Assembly (NCBI GenBank): GCA_021735655.1
Contig: JAIPGM010000007.1
Span: 6,125 to 70,124, forward strand
DNA length: 64,000 nucleotides
Reading direction: 5' to 3'
Origin: Candidatus Omnitrophota bacterium
Lineage (GTDB): Bacteria; Omnitrophota; Gorgyraeia; Duberdicusellales; 4484-171
In this document: positions 21,687 through 33,421 of the stretch, one piece after another
Layout: every line of letters starts with the position of its first letter
Position numbering within the stretch: position 1 is the stretch's first letter
Made by a program: the position numbers and the translations under genes
Notes under the pieces: model-generated
Told to the model about the DNA's origin: nothing
The model's input: the letters and a program-made list of their open reading frames with translations, nothing else
Databases searched by the model: none

Positions 21687-22722
21687 TGGTTTCTAAAAAA
21701 TTCTTAAATTCAAGATATTTAGCCTTAGCTTTACCTTGATCTATCAATTGAGCAGCCTGGGCTACGCCCTGCTTAAAGTTATCTACCTTAGCTAAGATAT
21801 AAAGACAAGCTGAAGCATTAGCTAAAACAATATCCCGAGAAGCCCCCTTTTTTCCAGCCAAAACATCCCTAATCATTTGGGCTGAGATGTCAGGCCGATC
21901 AGCTAGAATATCAGAAACTCTGATCTTCTTTAAGCCAAAGCTAGCCGGTGATAAGGTTAATTTAGTTATTTTTTTATTATTCAAAAAAGCACTTTCAGTT
22001 TTTCCGGTAAGCGATATCTCATCTTTTAAATCTTTACCATAAACTACCATTGCTCTTTTTGAACCCAACTGTCTCAACACTTTAGCCAAAGGTACAACTA
22101 AATCCGGGCTGTAAACTCCGAGCAATTGATGGTTAGCTTGAGCCGGATTACAAAGCGGACCCAAAATGTTAAAAATCGTCCGAATCCCCATTTCTCTTCT
22201 TATCTTAGCTACCTCACCTAGGGCCGGATGATATAAAGGTGCATACAAAAATGCAATTCCACATTTTTTTAAAGCCTGCTCCATCACTTCCGCTTTAGCA
22301 GAAATATTGATACCTAAGGCCTCTAGAACATCGGCACTGCCGCAAGATGAAGACATTGCCCTATTACCATGTTTAGCCACGATTGTGCCCGATGAAGCTA
22401 TCACAAAGCTAACCGCAGTCGAAATATTAAACTTATTAAGGCCAGAGCCTCCAGTTCCACAAGTATCGATTATCGGCTGGCTATTTATGTCTTGGCCAAT
22501 GAGATCTTTTCCGATATTTATCTTATTGGCATGACTTCGGACAACAGTCGCAGCTGCTGATATCTCCGATTCTTTCTCACCCTTTATCTTTAAGGCTGTT
22601 AAAAAAGCCGCTATCTGTGAGCTCTCAGCCTTATGGTTAAATATCTGCTCAAAAACAGCCTTGGTTTGATCAAAACTTAAATCTTGGCCATTAACTAAAG
22701 CATTGATTGCTTCTTTAATCAT
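21679..22722 (-). CDS. trpD: anthranilate phosphoribosyltransferase
   Basis: DTCGTGG motif, 347 aa. Confidence 0.92.
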   Translation of the reverse strand: MIKEAINALVNGQDLSFDQTKAVFEQIFNHKAESSQIAAFLTALKIKGEKESEISAAATVVRSHANKINIGKDLIGQDINSQPIIDTCGTGGSGLNKFNISTAVSFVIASSGTIVAKHGNRAMSSSCGSADVLEALGINISAKAEVMEQALKKCGIAFLYAPLYHPALGEVAKIRREMGIRTIFNILGPLCNPAQANHQLLGVYSPDLVVPLAKVLRQLGSKRAMVVYGKDLKDEISLTGKTESAFLNNKKITKLTLSPASFGLKKIRVSDILADRPDISAQMIRDVLAGKKGASRDIVLANASACLYILAKVDNFKQGVAQAAQLIDQGKAKAKYLEFKNFLETNA

Positions 22723-23285
22723 AGCTTTAAGAAGTTTTTAAGTATTTTTTTACCTTCTTTAGTTAAAATAGACTCAGGATGAAACTGAACTCCATAAAGA
22801 GGAAAATCATCCATCTTAACTCCCATTATTATACCATCTTTAGTTTGAGCGGTAATAGTTAAATTTTCTGGCAAAGTCTTTTTATCAATCAAAAGCGAAT
22901 GATAACGAGTAGCTAAAAAGGGATTCTTAACTGCCTTAAAAATCCCCTTTTTGTTGTGATAAACTAATGAGGTTTTACCATGCATTATTTTTCTAGCTCT
23001 GACTATCTTAGCACCAAAACAAGAACCAATACATTGATGCCCCAAGCAAACTCCTAAAATTGGCACTTTTTTATAAAAATAGCTAATTAATTCACAACTT
23101 ATTCCGGCATCTTTGGGCTGGCCCGGACCGGGAGAAATAACTATTCGGTCGAATTTCAACCTTTTTAACTTTGACAAGCTAACAGCATCATTTCGAAACA
23201 CCTGGGTATCAGCGCCAAGTTCTTGTAAATATTGAACCAAGTTATAGGTAAAAGAATCATAATTATCTATGATCAGCACTTTCAT
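22719..23285 (-). CDS. trpG: anthranilate synthase component II / class-I glutamine amidotransferase (TrpG/PabA)
   Basis: GVCLGHQ catalytic-Cys motif and HPE, 188 aa. Confidence 0.88.
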   Translation of the reverse strand: MKVLIIDNYDSFTYNLVQYLQELGADTQVFRNDAVSLSKLKRLKFDRIVISPGPGQPKDAGISCELISYFYKKVPILGVCLGHQCIGSCFGAKIVRARKIMHGKTSLVYHNKKGIFKAVKNPFLATRYHSLLIDKKTLPENLTITAQTKDGIIMGVKMDDFPLYGVQFHPESILTKEGKKILKNFLKL

Positions 23286-24544
23286 TGTTTTTCTCGCTTT
23301 ATCTTTGCTCCAGCCTTTCTTAATTTATGCTCTATCTGCTCATAACCGCGATCAATATGATAAACTCTTGAAACTTCGGTCTTACCTTTGGCTGCTAAAC
23401 CAGCAATTACCAAGGCTGCCGAAGCCCTTAAATCAGAAGCCATAATTTCTGCCCCGTAAAGGCTGCCTTTGCCTTCAATAATGGCATAAGGTCCACTCCG
23501 CTGGATCGCCGCACCCATCCGATTTAATTCAGCCACGTGCATAAATCGATCAGGATAAATCTTCTCATTGATTAAGGATGTTCCCTTGGCTAAGCAAAGA
23601 CAAGCCATAAACTGAGCCTGAAGATCAGTGGGGAATCCCGGGTAAGCAAGGGTTGTTATATTTACCGGCTCTAGCCTTGCCTTAGGTTTAACCACTAGCG
23701 AAGAACCATCACAAATTGTAATCTGAGACCCAATACTTCTAGCTGTATCAATAACCGAAGTCAAATGAGTTGGGTTTACTCCCTCTATTTTAAGCTCAGA
23801 ACCAGTTGCTAAGCTCGCAGCAATAAAAGTTCCAGCTTCAATTCTATCCGGAATAACTCTAAATTTACAGCCACCAAGCTCCTTAACTCCTTTTATTCTT
23901 ATTAAAGGCGATCCTTCTCCTTTAATCTCTGCTCCCATTTTCCTTAAAAATGAAGCTAAGCACTCTATCTCTGGCTCGCAAGCCGCATACTCAATTATGG
24001 TTTCACCATCGGCCAAGGTAGCGGCCATTAATACATTTGCGGTAGCTAAAACTGAAGATCCAAAAGCTCCACCCAAATAAATATGCTCACCGTTTAACTT
24101 CTTAGCCTTAGCCTGACAATAGCCCTGTTCAATAAAAATATCAGCCCCGAGCTGTTTTAATCCTTTTATATGTAAATCTACCGGTCTTGGTCCAATAACG
24201 CAACCACCGGGCAAGGCTACTTTTGCCTTTTTGCGTTTAGCTAAAAGCGGCCCTAGACAACAAAAAGAAGCCCGCATTGTCCGAACCAAACGATAAGGAG
24301 CCACAAAAGACTTATTCGGCTTAGCCTTAATAACTAAATTACTATTTTCAAAGCTTATTTTTTTGCCCAAGCCTTCAAGAATTCCAATCATGGTTCGAAT
24401 ATCCCGAAGCTCGGGCACATTCTCGATTAGGCAATCTTGATCGGTAAGAATAGTTGCGGCCATTATCGGCAAAGCTGCATTCTTGGAACCGCTCACCTTT
24501 ATACTTCCTGAAAGTTGGGATTGATGAATTACAAACTTATCCAT
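23282..24544 (-). CDS. murA: UDP-N-acetylglucosamine 1-carboxyvinyltransferase
   Basis: 420 aa; N-terminus and catalytic-Cys region are typical of MurA. Confidence 0.92.
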   Translation of the reverse strand: MDKFVIHQSQLSGSIKVSGSKNAALPIMAATILTDQDCLIENVPELRDIRTMIGILEGLGKKISFENSNLVIKAKPNKSFVAPYRLVRTMRASFCCLGPLLAKRKKAKVALPGGCVIGPRPVDLHIKGLKQLGADIFIEQGYCQAKAKKLNGEHIYLGGAFGSSVLATANVLMAATLADGETIIEYAACEPEIECLASFLRKMGAEIKGEGSPLIRIKGVKELGGCKFRVIPDRIEAGTFIAASLATGSELKIEGVNPTHLTSVIDTARSIGSQITICDGSSLVVKPKARLEPVNITTLAYPGFPTDLQAQFMACLCLAKGTSLINEKIYPDRFMHVAELNRMGAAIQRSGPYAIIEGKGSLYGAEIMASDLRASAALVIAGLAAKGKTEVSRVYHIDRGYEQIEHKLRKAGAKIKREKQ

Positions 24545-24558
24545 CGGTTATATTTTGA

Positions 24559-25323
24559 CTACCTATTCTTTAAAACGATCCCTCGAAAATGACCAGAATA
24601 ATCTTTGATTGATTCAACTATTTCGTATGAGTTAAGCCGGTTAATATACTCATCAAGAATATTCTTATGTTTATAACCAATCTCAATGATCAGATAACCT
24701 TCATTCCTTAGGCAACCTTTAGCTTGCTTGAGAATCTTTTTAATAACCCCTAATCCGTCACTGCCGCCGGATAAAGCCGCACGAGGCTCATAGTTAAGTG
24801 TACCTCCTATGGCTTCATCTTCAACATAGGGAGGGTTGCTGACGATTAAATCAAAACTGTTTCGCTCAAAACCAGTTAATAAGTCTGTCTGAATGAAATT
24901 AATATTAACCTTATGCTTCTTAGCATTTAACTCGGCTACTTTAAGGGCCTCAAGGCTACAATCAGAAGCAACGATTGATAAATCCCTAGAAAGTGAATTC
25001 TTGATAGCTATTGCAATATTTCCCGAACCACAGCATAAATCTAGCACTGAGCTTAAATCTTGAGTATTAACTAATTCTATTGCCTTCTCAACAATTAGCT
25101 CAGTTTCCGGCCGAGGAATTAAAACATCCGGCGATATATCAAACTCATAGCCAAAAAACTCTTCTTTACCTAAAATATAAGCCAAGGGCATGCCTTGGGC
25201 GTAAGCCTTACATATTCTTTCCAATTCGGAATCATCTTTCCCCAAGCTATGCTTTAGGAGAAAGCGTAAGTCCCGATCATTGAAATCAGCCCGATACTCT
25301 TTAAGCCAATCCTTTAGCTTCAT
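24559..25323 (-). CDS. prmC: release-factor glutamine N5-methyltransferase (PrmC/HemK)
   Basis: NPPY motif (VSNPPYV) and SAM-binding motif (LDLCCGSG). Start probably the internal ATG at 25321-25323. Confidence 0.85.
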   Translation of the reverse strand: MKLKDWLKEYRADFNDRDLRFLLKHSLGKDDSELERICKAYAQGMPLAYILGKEEFFGYEFDISPDVLIPRPETELIVEKAIELVNTQDLSSVLDLCCGSGNIAIAIKNSLSRDLSIVASDCSLEALKVAELNAKKHKVNINFIQTDLLTGFERNSFDLIVSNPPYVEDEAIGGTLNYEPRAALSGGSDGLGVIKKILKQAKGCLRNEGYLIIEIGYKHKNILDEYINRLNSYEIVESIKDYSGHFRGIVLKNR

Positions 25324-26371
25324 AAATTTTTTTTCTTTCCTCAGCAATTAAGCGATCAGTAACTTCATCGAGATTTCCCTCTAAGACAGCTTCAAGTTTA
25401 TAAAGAGTAAAATTTATCCGATGATCAGTGACTCTTCTCTCAGGAAAATTATAAGTACGTATTTTTTCACTACGATCACCAGTGCCAACTTGGGTACGAC
25501 GAGCCTCGGTCATCTTATTAGTTTCATCACGCATCATCTTTTCCATTATTCGAGCCTTAATAACTCGCAAAGCTTTGGCTCGGTTTTTAATTTGCGATCG
25601 TTCATCCTGACAAGTTACTATAACTCCACTCGGAATATGGGTCATACGTACTGCTGAGTCAGTAACGTTTACGTGCTGACCGCCGGCACCAGAAGCCCGA
25701 TAAGTATCTACTTTTAAATCTTCAGGGTTTATCTTCAACTCAACCTCTTTTGGCTCAACTAAAACTGCTACCGTAGCGGTTGAAGTATGGATTCTACCTC
25801 CGCTTTCAGTAGTTGGGACTCGCTGAACCCGATGTACGCCGCTTTCAAATTTAAGATGCTGCCAAGCTCCTTTTCCTTTTAGCGAAAAGTAAATTTCTTT
25901 AAGCCCGCCGATTCCGGTAAGATGCGAACTTAGAATCTCTTGTTTCCATCCTTTAGACTCAGCATACCTAGAATACATATTAAACAAAGTTGCGCCAAAA
26001 AGAGCAGCTTCATCTCCTCCAGCAGCCGAGCGTATCTCAATAATTACGTCACGGTCGGGCTGATCGGCTTCAAAAATCTTATCTTCAATTTCCCGATCAA
26101 GCTCAACTAGCTTTTGCTTTAACTCTTTTAACTCTTCACTAGCCATAGCTCTCATCTCTTCAGATTCCGAACTATCAGAAGAAATCTGGGAAAGATGTTC
26201 CTTCTCTTTAAGATGCTTGTCTCGAGTTTCCGAAAGCTTGATGATTTTTTCTAGGTAGGAAAATCTCTTAGCCAATTTAGTGTACTCTTCTCTCTTTTTC
26301 AGCAAATCCTGAGAAGAAAGTTCTTTAGCAATTTTCTTATGCTCTTCTTTTAATTTATCAAAGTTAATCAT
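25301..26371 (-). CDS. prfA: peptide chain release factor 1
   Basis: GGQ motif (SGAGGQHVN) and PxT-type decoding region. Confidence 0.93.
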   Translation of the reverse strand: MINFDKLKEEHKKIAKELSSQDLLKKREEYTKLAKRFSYLEKIIKLSETRDKHLKEKEHLSQISSDSSESEEMRAMASEELKELKQKLVELDREIEDKIFEADQPDRDVIIEIRSAAGGDEAALFGATLFNMYSRYAESKGWKQEILSSHLTGIGGLKEIYFSLKGKGAWQHLKFESGVHRVQRVPTTESGGRIHTSTATVAVLVEPKEVELKINPEDLKVDTYRASGAGGQHVNVTDSAVRMTHIPSGVIVTCQDERSQIKNRAKALRVIKARIMEKMMRDETNKMTEARRTQVGTGDRSEKIRTYNFPERRVTDHRINFTLYKLEAVLEGNLDEVTDRLIAEERKKIYEAKGLA

Positions 26372-26387
26372 TCGAAATTTCGACGCC

Positions 26388-26591
26388 TTATTTCTTTTTA
26401 CCGTATTTCTTCAAAAACTTATCGACTCTTCCTTCAGAATCAACAAACTTTTGCTTTCCGGTGAAAAAAGGATGGCAATTTGAACAAATCTCCACATTGA
26501 TTGATTTCCTGGTCGAACGAGTATGCACCACATTGCCACAAGCGCACATTACCGTTGCCTGCTCATACTTAGGATGTGTCTTTTCCTTCAT
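26388..26591 (-). CDS. rpmE: 50S ribosomal protein L31 (Zn-ribbon type, CxxC...CxxC)
   Basis: 67 aa with the HPKYE motif typical of L31. Confidence 0.92.
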   Translation of the reverse strand: MKEKTHPKYEQATVMCACGNVVHTRSTRKSINVEICSNCHPFFTGKQKFVDSEGRVDKFLKKYGKKK

Positions 26592-26692
26592 TGCTTACCT
26601 CCGTTTTACTTAGATTTTACTTAAAATAATCACCATTTCAACCTCTCCTGGCCCCCTAAGGTCTTTGGGCTAAAAAGAGCTGTATTATATCA

Positions 26693-27994
26693 TTATTTAT
26701 TAAGAGTCAACAGAAATTCCACGTTGTTCTGAGTTTTGGCTAATCTCTGAAGCAAAAGCTCAAGAGCCTCTACTGAGCTTAGCTCATTTAAGGCCTTTCT
26801 CAGTATCCATATCCTTGGCAACTCATCAGGATGTATCAAAAGCTCCTCTCTACGAGTATTGGAACGCTTAATGTCAATTGCCGGATAAATTCTCTTCTGA
26901 AAGATGCTACGATCAAGGGTAATTTCCATATTACCAGTTCCCTTAAACTCTTCAAAAATTACATCATCCATTCGCGATCCAGTATCAATAAGCGCTGTTG
27001 CAATTATAGTCAAAGAACCGCCCTCTTCCTGAGCCCGAGCTGCACCAAAAAATCTTTTCGGCTTATGCAAAGCTCCCGAATCAATACCTCCCGAAAGAAT
27101 CCTTCCCGAATGAGGCTCAACAAGGTTATAAGCCCGAGCTAAACGAGTGATACTGTCTAGAAGTATAACCACGTCTTTCTTGTGCTCAACTAACTTCTTC
27201 GCCTTCTCGATAACCATCTCGGCGACTTGAACATGGCGCTGAGCCGGCTCATCAAAGGTCGAGCTAATAACCTCACCCCTAACCATCTTTTTCATTTCAG
27301 TTACTTCTTCCGGTCGTTCATCAATAAGCAGAACCATCAAAATAACCTCTGGATAGTTCTTAGCAATAGAATTCGCTACCTTCTGAAGCAGGACTGTTTT
27401 TCCGCTGTAAGGCGGAGCAACAATCAAACCGCGCTGGCCCTTACCAATCGGACAAAGAATATCCAATATCCGAGTCGAAGGTTCCTTAGGTTCAGTCTCT
27501 AAAATAAATCTGTCCTTAGGGTAAATCGGGGTAAGGTTGTCAAAAAGAATTCTATTTCGTGACTCATCAGGATGCTCAAGATTAACTGCTTCAACCTTAA
27601 GCAAAGCAAAATACTTTTCATTATCCTTGGGCGGCCTAATTTGACCGCTAACCGTATCTCCGGTCCGAAGAGAAAATTTTCTAATCTGAGAAGGAGAAAC
27701 ATAGATATCATCAGGTGAAGGTAAATAATTATAGTTTGTTGCCCTCAAGAACCCAAACCCTTCCGGCAGAACTTCTAATACTCCATCCCCAAACATTAAC
27801 CCTTGTTTTTCAGCCTGAGCTTGCAGTATCTTAAAAATCAAATCCTGCTTTTTTACTCCACTCATGCCATTAACATTAAGCTTTTTGGAAATTTTATTCA
27901 ATTCAGAGACCTTCATCTCCTTAAGCGTGCCGATGTCAATGGTGCCATCTGTTTGAGCTTCTTTAGCCTTTACTTTTGTTTTAGGTTTTTCCAC
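26693..27994 (-). CDS. rho: transcription termination factor Rho
   Basis: N-terminal RNA-binding domain plus RecA-like ATPase with P-loop APPYSGKT. Confidence 0.95.
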   Translation of the reverse strand: MEKPKTKVKAKEAQTDGTIDIGTLKEMKVSELNKISKKLNVNGMSGVKKQDLIFKILQAQAEKQGLMFGDGVLEVLPEGFGFLRATNYNYLPSPDDIYVSPSQIRKFSLRTGDTVSGQIRPPKDNEKYFALLKVEAVNLEHPDESRNRILFDNLTPIYPKDRFILETEPKEPSTRILDILCPIGKGQRGLIVAPPYSGKTVLLQKVANSIAKNYPEVILMVLLIDERPEEVTEMKKMVRGEVISSTFDEPAQRHVQVAEMVIEKAKKLVEHKKDVVILLDSITRLARAYNLVEPHSGRILSGGIDSGALHKPKRFFGAARAQEEGGSLTIIATALIDTGSRMDDVIFEEFKGTGNMEITLDRSIFQKRIYPAIDIKRSNTRREELLIHPDELPRIWILRKALNELSSVEALELLLQRLAKTQNNVEFLLTLNK

Positions 27995-28566
27995 AGTAAA
28001 TCAACCTCCTTGGTTAATTCTTTAATCTTACCACTATTATCAATAACAAAATCTGCCCGTTTTATTTTTTCTCTCAAGGGGCAATAAAAAGACAACCGCT
28101 TGAGAGCTAACCCTTTAGAAAATCCATATATTTCATTAAGCCGCTTAAGACTGACTTTTAGTTTCAGTTTAACCAAAACAACTAAATCAAACCTGGCGGT
28201 TAGTTTTTTCTCGAAAAGAAGTGGGACTTCGGCGATGGCGATTTTCGACCTAGCCTGCCTACGACATTTCTTAATCCAATTAGTCAAATCTTTAATGACT
28301 AACGGATGAACCACTCTTTCAAGTTTTTTCAACTTAACAGGATCGGAAAAAACAATCTCAGAAAGCAACTTCCGATTAATCCGGCCACGGCTTAAAACTT
28401 CCGGAAACAAAGCTACTAACTTTTTATAAACTAAACCTTTACGATTACGATAATACTTATGAATCTGTTGATCACAATTAAAAGTAGGGGCTCCTTTAGC
28501 CTTGAGCAACTTAAGAACCGTTGTTTTTCCGCTTCCAATATTTCCGGTTAAACCAACAACTAGCAT
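27970..28566 (-). CDS. coaE: dephospho-CoA kinase
   Basis: [13 protein letters not shown]-loop, 198 aa. Confidence 0.88.
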   Translation of the reverse strand: MLVVGLTGNIGSGKTTVLKLLKAKGAPTFNCDQQIHKYYRNRKGLVYKKLVALFPEVLSRGRINRKLLSEIVFSDPVKLKKLERVVHPLVIKDLTNWIKKCRRQARSKIAIAEVPLLFEKKLTARFDLVVLVKLKLKVSLKRLNEIYGFSKGLALKRLSFYCPLREKIKRADFVIDNSGKIKELTKEVDLLWKNLKQK

Positions 28567-28574
28567 AAACTTAA

Positions 28575-29954
28575 TTATTGAGTCAATAAAGACTCATAAA
28601 CCTCATAATAATGCTTAGCGGCTACTTCCCAGGAAAAATTATAGGTAACTATCTCATCTAAAATTTTCTGCCATTGATCTTTATGATCAAATACCTTCTT
28701 AGCTCGATCTAAGGTTAAAAGTAAGTCCTCGGCAGCATAATTTTTAAAAACAAATCCGCCACCGCCGCAAGAAGCATCGACAACCGTATCAACCAAGCCT
28801 CCAGTATGATTAACTATTGGTACAGTTGCATACTTATAACTGATCATCTGGGAAAGCCCGCAAGGCTCAAAACGTGAAGGCAATAAAAAAGCATCACAAC
28901 CAGCATAAATTTTATGAGCTAAACTCTCATTAAAAGTTAAATTAAGCGAAAAAGAATTTTTGAATTGTTCACTCTTAGCCTTAAGCATCTGATGATACTG
29001 CTCATCACCTAAACCAAGAATAACCAGCTGATATTTACCAAGCATTTCATCTAAAGCCTGATGAAGAATATCAACTCCCTTTTGTTCGGCTAAACGGCTA
29101 ACCATCCCAAGCAAAAAAATATCTTCATCAACCTTAAAACCAAGCTCTTTTTGGAGACCCTTCTTATTTATTTTCTTATCCGAAAGGGACTTTGGACTAT
29201 ATTTCTTATCGATAAGGTTATCTATTGCCGGGTCCCAAATATGATAATCAATAGCATTAAGAATACCAATTACCTTATCGCCTCTTTCGGCTAGCACGCC
29301 CTCTAGGCCACAGCCAAATTCAGGAGTTTTAATCTGTTTAGCATAGGTAGGGCTTACCGTATTCACTAGGTCGGAAAAAATAATCCCCCCTTTAAGTAAA
29401 TTGATCTTATCGTAAAACTCCAAGTATTCAGGACGAAAATATTTTTCAGCTATCCCTAAAAGAGAAAATTTATCCTTATCAAAAATACCCTGATAAGCAA
29501 CATTATGAATTGTTAAAACCGTCTTGGTTTTAGCATAAAAAGGATCGTCGCCGTGTTTTAGCTTAAGCGCAATATTAACCCAAGAAGTCTGCCAATCATT
29601 GCAATTAATTATATCGGGCTGGAAATCTATTTCCTTTAGAACTTTCAATACTTGATTACTAAAAAAAGTAAACCGTTCTAAATTATCAGGATAGTCTCCA
29701 GAAGGAGTGCCATAGATTCCGGAACGAAGGTAAAATTCGTCATTCTTGATAAAGAAAAACTCTAACTTACCCTTTCGGCTAATCCCAAAACCATCACCCA
29801 TTTGCTCAGGTTTTATGTTTTTATAAAGCGGTAGGAAAACTTTTACTTCACACCCAGACTCAACTAAGGCCGCCGGTAAAGCTGCAACGACATCAGCCAA
29901 TCCACCAGTCTTAGCAAAAGGGAAAACCTCAGATGAACAAAAAGCTATTTTCAT
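28575..29954 (-). CDS. glgA: glycogen synthase (ADP-glucose type, GT5)
   Basis: N-terminal KTGGLADV motif, 459 aa. Confidence 0.9.
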   Translation of the reverse strand: MKIAFCSSEVFPFAKTGGLADVVAALPAALVESGCEVKVFLPLYKNIKPEQMGDGFGISRKGKLEFFFIKNDEFYLRSGIYGTPSGDYPDNLERFTFFSNQVLKVLKEIDFQPDIINCNDWQTSWVNIALKLKHGDDPFYAKTKTVLTIHNVAYQGIFDKDKFSLLGIAEKYFRPEYLEFYDKINLLKGGIIFSDLVNTVSPTYAKQIKTPEFGCGLEGVLAERGDKVIGILNAIDYHIWDPAIDNLIDKKYSPKSLSDKKINKKGLQKELGFKVDEDIFLLGMVSRLAEQKGVDILHQALDEMLGKYQLVILGLGDEQYHQMLKAKSEQFKNSFSLNLTFNESLAHKIYAGCDAFLLPSRFEPCGLSQMISYKYATVPIVNHTGGLVDTVVDASCGGGGFVFKNYAAEDLLLTLDRAKKVFDHKDQWQKILDEIVTYNFSWEVAAKHYYEVYESLLTQ

Positions 29955-32464
29955 TGAATATTCTCCAAATCACCCCAATTATTACCAGCCTTTAAGTTAA
30001 CTTTAACCGGAATTTCTAAATCAACCGCTCCCTCCATCTGCTTTCGGACTAAAGCCGAAACCCGACTTAGTTCACTCTTAGGAAGATCAAAGATTAATTC
30101 ATCATGAATTTGAATAGTAAGTTTTGCCTGTAATTTTTCCTGCTTTAATTGATTGTAAATTTTAATCATCGCGACCTTAATAATATCAGCGCAAGAGCCT
30201 TGAATCGGAGCATTAACTGCTTGACGAAGGGCAAACTCTCGTAACTTAAGATTAGGACTCTTTACCTCTGGTATCCTTCTTTGGCGACCCAAAATTGTCG
30301 TAACAAAGCCTTGTTTGTTGGCTTGAGCTTTAACCTCTTCTGAATAAGCCTTAACTCCGGGGTAACGCTTGAAATAATCATCAATAAAATTTTGAGCTTC
30401 AATATTGCTAATTTTTAATTCACGAACTAGGCCGTATGAGCTCATACCATAAATAATCCCAAAATTTACTGTCTTGGCAACATTGCGTTCTAACTCCGAA
30501 ACCTTATCATTCTTCTTACCAAAAAGTAATGACGCAGTATAAGTATGAATATCTAAGTTATCTCTAAAAGCCTTAATTAGCTCTTTATCTTTAGAAAGAT
30601 GAGCCAAAATCCGCAACTCAATTTGTGAATAGTCTCCAGAAAGAATACAACCATCAGGGCTCTTTGGAACAAAGGCTCTTCTCAAGGCATTTGAAAACTC
30701 GCCCTTAACCGGAATGCTTTGCAAGTTAGGTCCTGAGCTTGAAAGTCGGCCAGTTTGAGCCTTGGTTTGATGAAATTGAGTATGTAACATTCCTTTATTG
30801 GCCTTAACTTCTTGAATCAACGGCATAATATAGGTATTTTTAAGCTTATTTAAATGCCGGTGCTCAATAATGTCCTTGGCTATTGAATGATCTAAAGAAA
30901 GTTTTTCTAAAACTTCTTCATTGGTTGAATACCCGGTCTTAGTTTTTTTTACTGGCGGTATGCCCAACTCCTGAAAAAGGACTAAACTCAGCTGTTTAGG
31001 AGAGTTTAAGTTAAACTCATGCCCAGCTGCTTTAAAAACCGCTGCCTGATGGGACATGACTTTTGCTTCAACCTCCTCTAATAACTTAGTTAACACCTTA
31101 GCCTGGACCTTAACTCCTTGAGCTTGCATCTGGCTTAAAACTTCAATTAGCGGCACTTCTACTTCAAAAAAAAGTTTATCCAAAGACTGTTTTTTTAATG
31201 TCTCTAAGAATAACTGATAAAGTTTATAGATAAAATAAGGTTTAAGCTCATCAGGTATTTGATTAGTATGCTCTCCTAAATAGTGATTAACAACTGCCTC
31301 TAGCTCATAATCAATGAGACTTGAATCTAAGAGATAAGCGGCTATTTTGGTATCAAACCAGACCCCTTGAAGTTTACTGATCGCCGACGCAGAATCAGCC
31401 ATCTTTTCCCTAAAACCATGAGATAACTTCTTAATTTTCTGATCAGTAAGAATATCTTCCGCTTCACTTAAAGCCAGTTTATAAATACAGTTTTTAAATT
31501 GATCAAAAATAAAAATATCATTACCGCTAACCACTAAAGGCAACGGCTCTTTAACCAAATTTTCTTTTGCCTTTTTATCTAAACTAGTTTTTACCGCTAA
31601 ATCTATTTCCAGCTTTGGCGCCGGAAGATCTTTTAAAAATGCCTTAAATTCAAATTCGCTAAACATATCATACAAACCTTTAGTATCAATCTGATCTATT
31701 TTCAAATCATCACAACTCAATTCAAGCGCCGGCGTCTCTAGGGTCACCAACTCTTTGCTTAAGAAAACAGTTTCTTTACTTTCTTTCAATATAGTTTGCA
31801 TTTTTGGTGAAACTTTATCTAAATTATTAAAAATATTCTCAACGGTTTTAAATTCTTTTACTAATTTGCTAGCGCCGACTTTTCCAATGCCTCTAGCCCC
31901 AGGAATATTGTCGCTGGCATCTCCGGCCAAAGCGAGATAGTCAATAATTTCTTCTGGCTTAAAACCATTTTCTTTAATAAAATCGCTACGGTTAGTAAAC
32001 TTGTCTTTGTGGTAACTATAAATACTTACCTCATCGTTCTCAAGAAGTTGATAAAGATCCTTATCAGAAGAAACAATTACAACTTGTTTTTTACGACTGG
32101 TTGCCTGTTTACAAAGAGTAGCAATAACATCGTCGGCTTCAAAATTTTTCTTTTCGACTATTTTAATACCCAAATAAGAAATTAGTTTTTTCACCAAAGG
32201 GATTTGAGTCCCTAGGTCATCGGGCATCGGCGGACGCTGAATCTTATATTCTTTAAACTTATCCTGCCGAAAGGTTTTTCGGGAAACATCAAAACAAACT
32301 CCCAAATATGACGGATTATACTTTGAGATTATCTTTTTTAAAGTTTGATACACTCCGTATACTGAACCGGTAGGCACTCCTTGTGAGTTTGAAAGTTTAA
32401 TTGCAAAGAAAGAACGATAACATAAGGACGTCCCATCAACGAGATAAACTGTTTCCTTGGGCAT
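29951..32464 (-). CDS. polA: DNA polymerase I
   Basis: 5'-nuclease domain plus family-A polymerase motifs (DYSQIELR, RRxAKxxNFGxxYG, QIHDELI). 837 aa, Taq-like size; the proofreading DTE motif is not evident. Confidence 0.93.
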   Translation of the reverse strand: MPKETVYLVDGTSLCYRSFFAIKLSNSQGVPTGSVYGVYQTLKKIISKYNPSYLGVCFDVSRKTFRQDKFKEYKIQRPPMPDDLGTQIPLVKKLISYLGIKIVEKKNFEADDVIATLCKQATSRKKQVVIVSSDKDLYQLLENDEVSIYSYHKDKFTNRSDFIKENGFKPEEIIDYLALAGDASDNIPGARGIGKVGASKLVKEFKTVENIFNNLDKVSPKMQTILKESKETVFLSKELVTLETPALELSCDDLKIDQIDTKGLYDMFSEFEFKAFLKDLPAPKLEIDLAVKTSLDKKAKENLVKEPLPLVVSGNDIFIFDQFKNCIYKLALSEAEDILTDQKIKKLSHGFREKMADSASAISKLQGVWFDTKIAAYLLDSSLIDYELEAVVNHYLGEHTNQIPDELKPYFIYKLYQLFLETLKKQSLDKLFFEVEVPLIEVLSQMQAQGVKVQAKVLTKLLEEVEAKVMSHQAAVFKAAGHEFNLNSPKQLSLVLFQELGIPPVKKTKTGYSTNEEVLEKLSLDHSIAKDIIEHRHLNKLKNTYIMPLIQEVKANKGMLHTQFHQTKAQTGRLSSSGPNLQSIPVKGEFSNALRRAFVPKSPDGCILSGDYSQIELRILAHLSKDKELIKAFRDNLDIHTYTASLLFGKKNDKVSELERNVAKTVNFGIIYGMSSYGLVRELKISNIEAQNFIDDYFKRYPGVKAYSEEVKAQANKQGFVTTILGRQRRIPEVKSPNLKLREFALRQAVNAPIQGSCADIIKVAMIKIYNQLKQEKLQAKLTIQIHDELIFDLPKSELSRVSALVRKQMEGAVDLEIPVKVNLKAGNNWGDLENIQ

Positions 32465-32527
32465 TGAAGTTAGTTTCTTTTAATCGCTAAAGAGGTTAAA
32501 CGGCTGGTACAATGAGCTTCTTATTCG

Positions 32528-33373
32528 TTACCGGGAAACACGAAAAACAGCGTCGAGAGCATCTTTGAGCCTCTCACCTGCAGACAAATAATCATTATTC
32601 TTTATATACTCTAAAGCACTCTTGGTGTTATTTAAAGCTTCCTGTTCTAAATAAAGCCTCTCTGCTTGTTGATAAAGCTTACGAGCGTGCTCTTTTAACT
32701 CTTGATCAGGAGGATTCAAGGCAAGAACTGTCTTAAATTCTCCTAGGGCCACTTCGGCATTGCCTTCTTTTAAAGCTCGATTACCAATATCAAAGTGAAG
32801 TTTTGCTTCCTCAGTAAGCATCAAGCGTTCCTGCTCACGCTTATAGATAAACTCTCTCGATAGACGGGCAGCTTTTTCTTCTAATAGCTCCTTACGTACC
32901 TCAGGATAAGTTCCTAACTTAAGTAAGTGCTGTCGGGAAACTTCCCACCAATAGTCGCCTTGCTGACCTAAGGTATATCTTTTCTTCCAATAAGTAGTAG
33001 CATTCCTTATATCGCCTTTTTTCTCATAAAGAAATGCTAAATTAGTATAAGCCGCTAAGTAGCTCGGATCAATCTTCAATACTTCCTTATAAGCTAGTAG
33101 AGCCTGATCTTCTTCGCCGATAGCCTCATAAATTACACCCAGGTCATTTTGAACCTCAGCATAATGAGGATCCATCTGAGCAGCCTTCTGATAATACATA
33201 AGCGCCGACTTTAAATCCCCCATCGACTGTAACCGATAGCCCTCTTCTCGATAATTACGGGCCTCTTGGTTAAGCGCACCAATTTTATCAAGATTCTCGG
33301 CCTGGGAAGTAAATAAAGGGAAGAGTAATAAAAGAGTGACTAGAAAAATCTTCATCAGTTTTAACTTTAACAT
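32528..33373 (-). CDS. secreted tetratricopeptide-repeat protein
   Basis: Signal peptide plus multiple TPR-like repeats. Confidence 0.65.
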   Translation of the reverse strand: MLKLKLMKIFLVTLLLLFPLFTSQAENLDKIGALNQEARNYREEGYRLQSMGDLKSALMYYQKAAQMDPHYAEVQNDLGVIYEAIGEEDQALLAYKEVLKIDPSYLAAYTNLAFLYEKKGDIRNATTYWKKRYTLGQQGDYWWEVSRQHLLKLGTYPEVRKELLEEKAARLSREFIYKREQERLMLTEEAKLHFDIGNRALKEGNAEVALGEFKTVLALNPPDQELKEHARKLYQQAERLYLEQEALNNTKSALEYIKNNDYLSAGERLKDALDAVFRVSR

Positions 33374-33421
33374 AAATAGATATATCTGTCAAGAAAATTC
33401 ATACTCGGCTTTGTATTTTAG

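Noticed and set aside
27499-27711. 70-aa minus-strand ORF inside rho, and the many 60-120-aa plus-strand ORFs inside larger genes (for example 2507-2689, 4168-4356, 21031-21585, 44853-45053, 59603-59806)
   Set aside because: All are embedded out-of-frame or antisense in well-supported genes with strong homology; no SDs.
29951-32464. PolA looked truncated (837 aa) and might be a pseudogene
   Set aside because: The length matches Taq-type Pol I with intact 5'-nuclease and polymerase motifs. Only the proofreading exonuclease motifs look degenerate, which is common.
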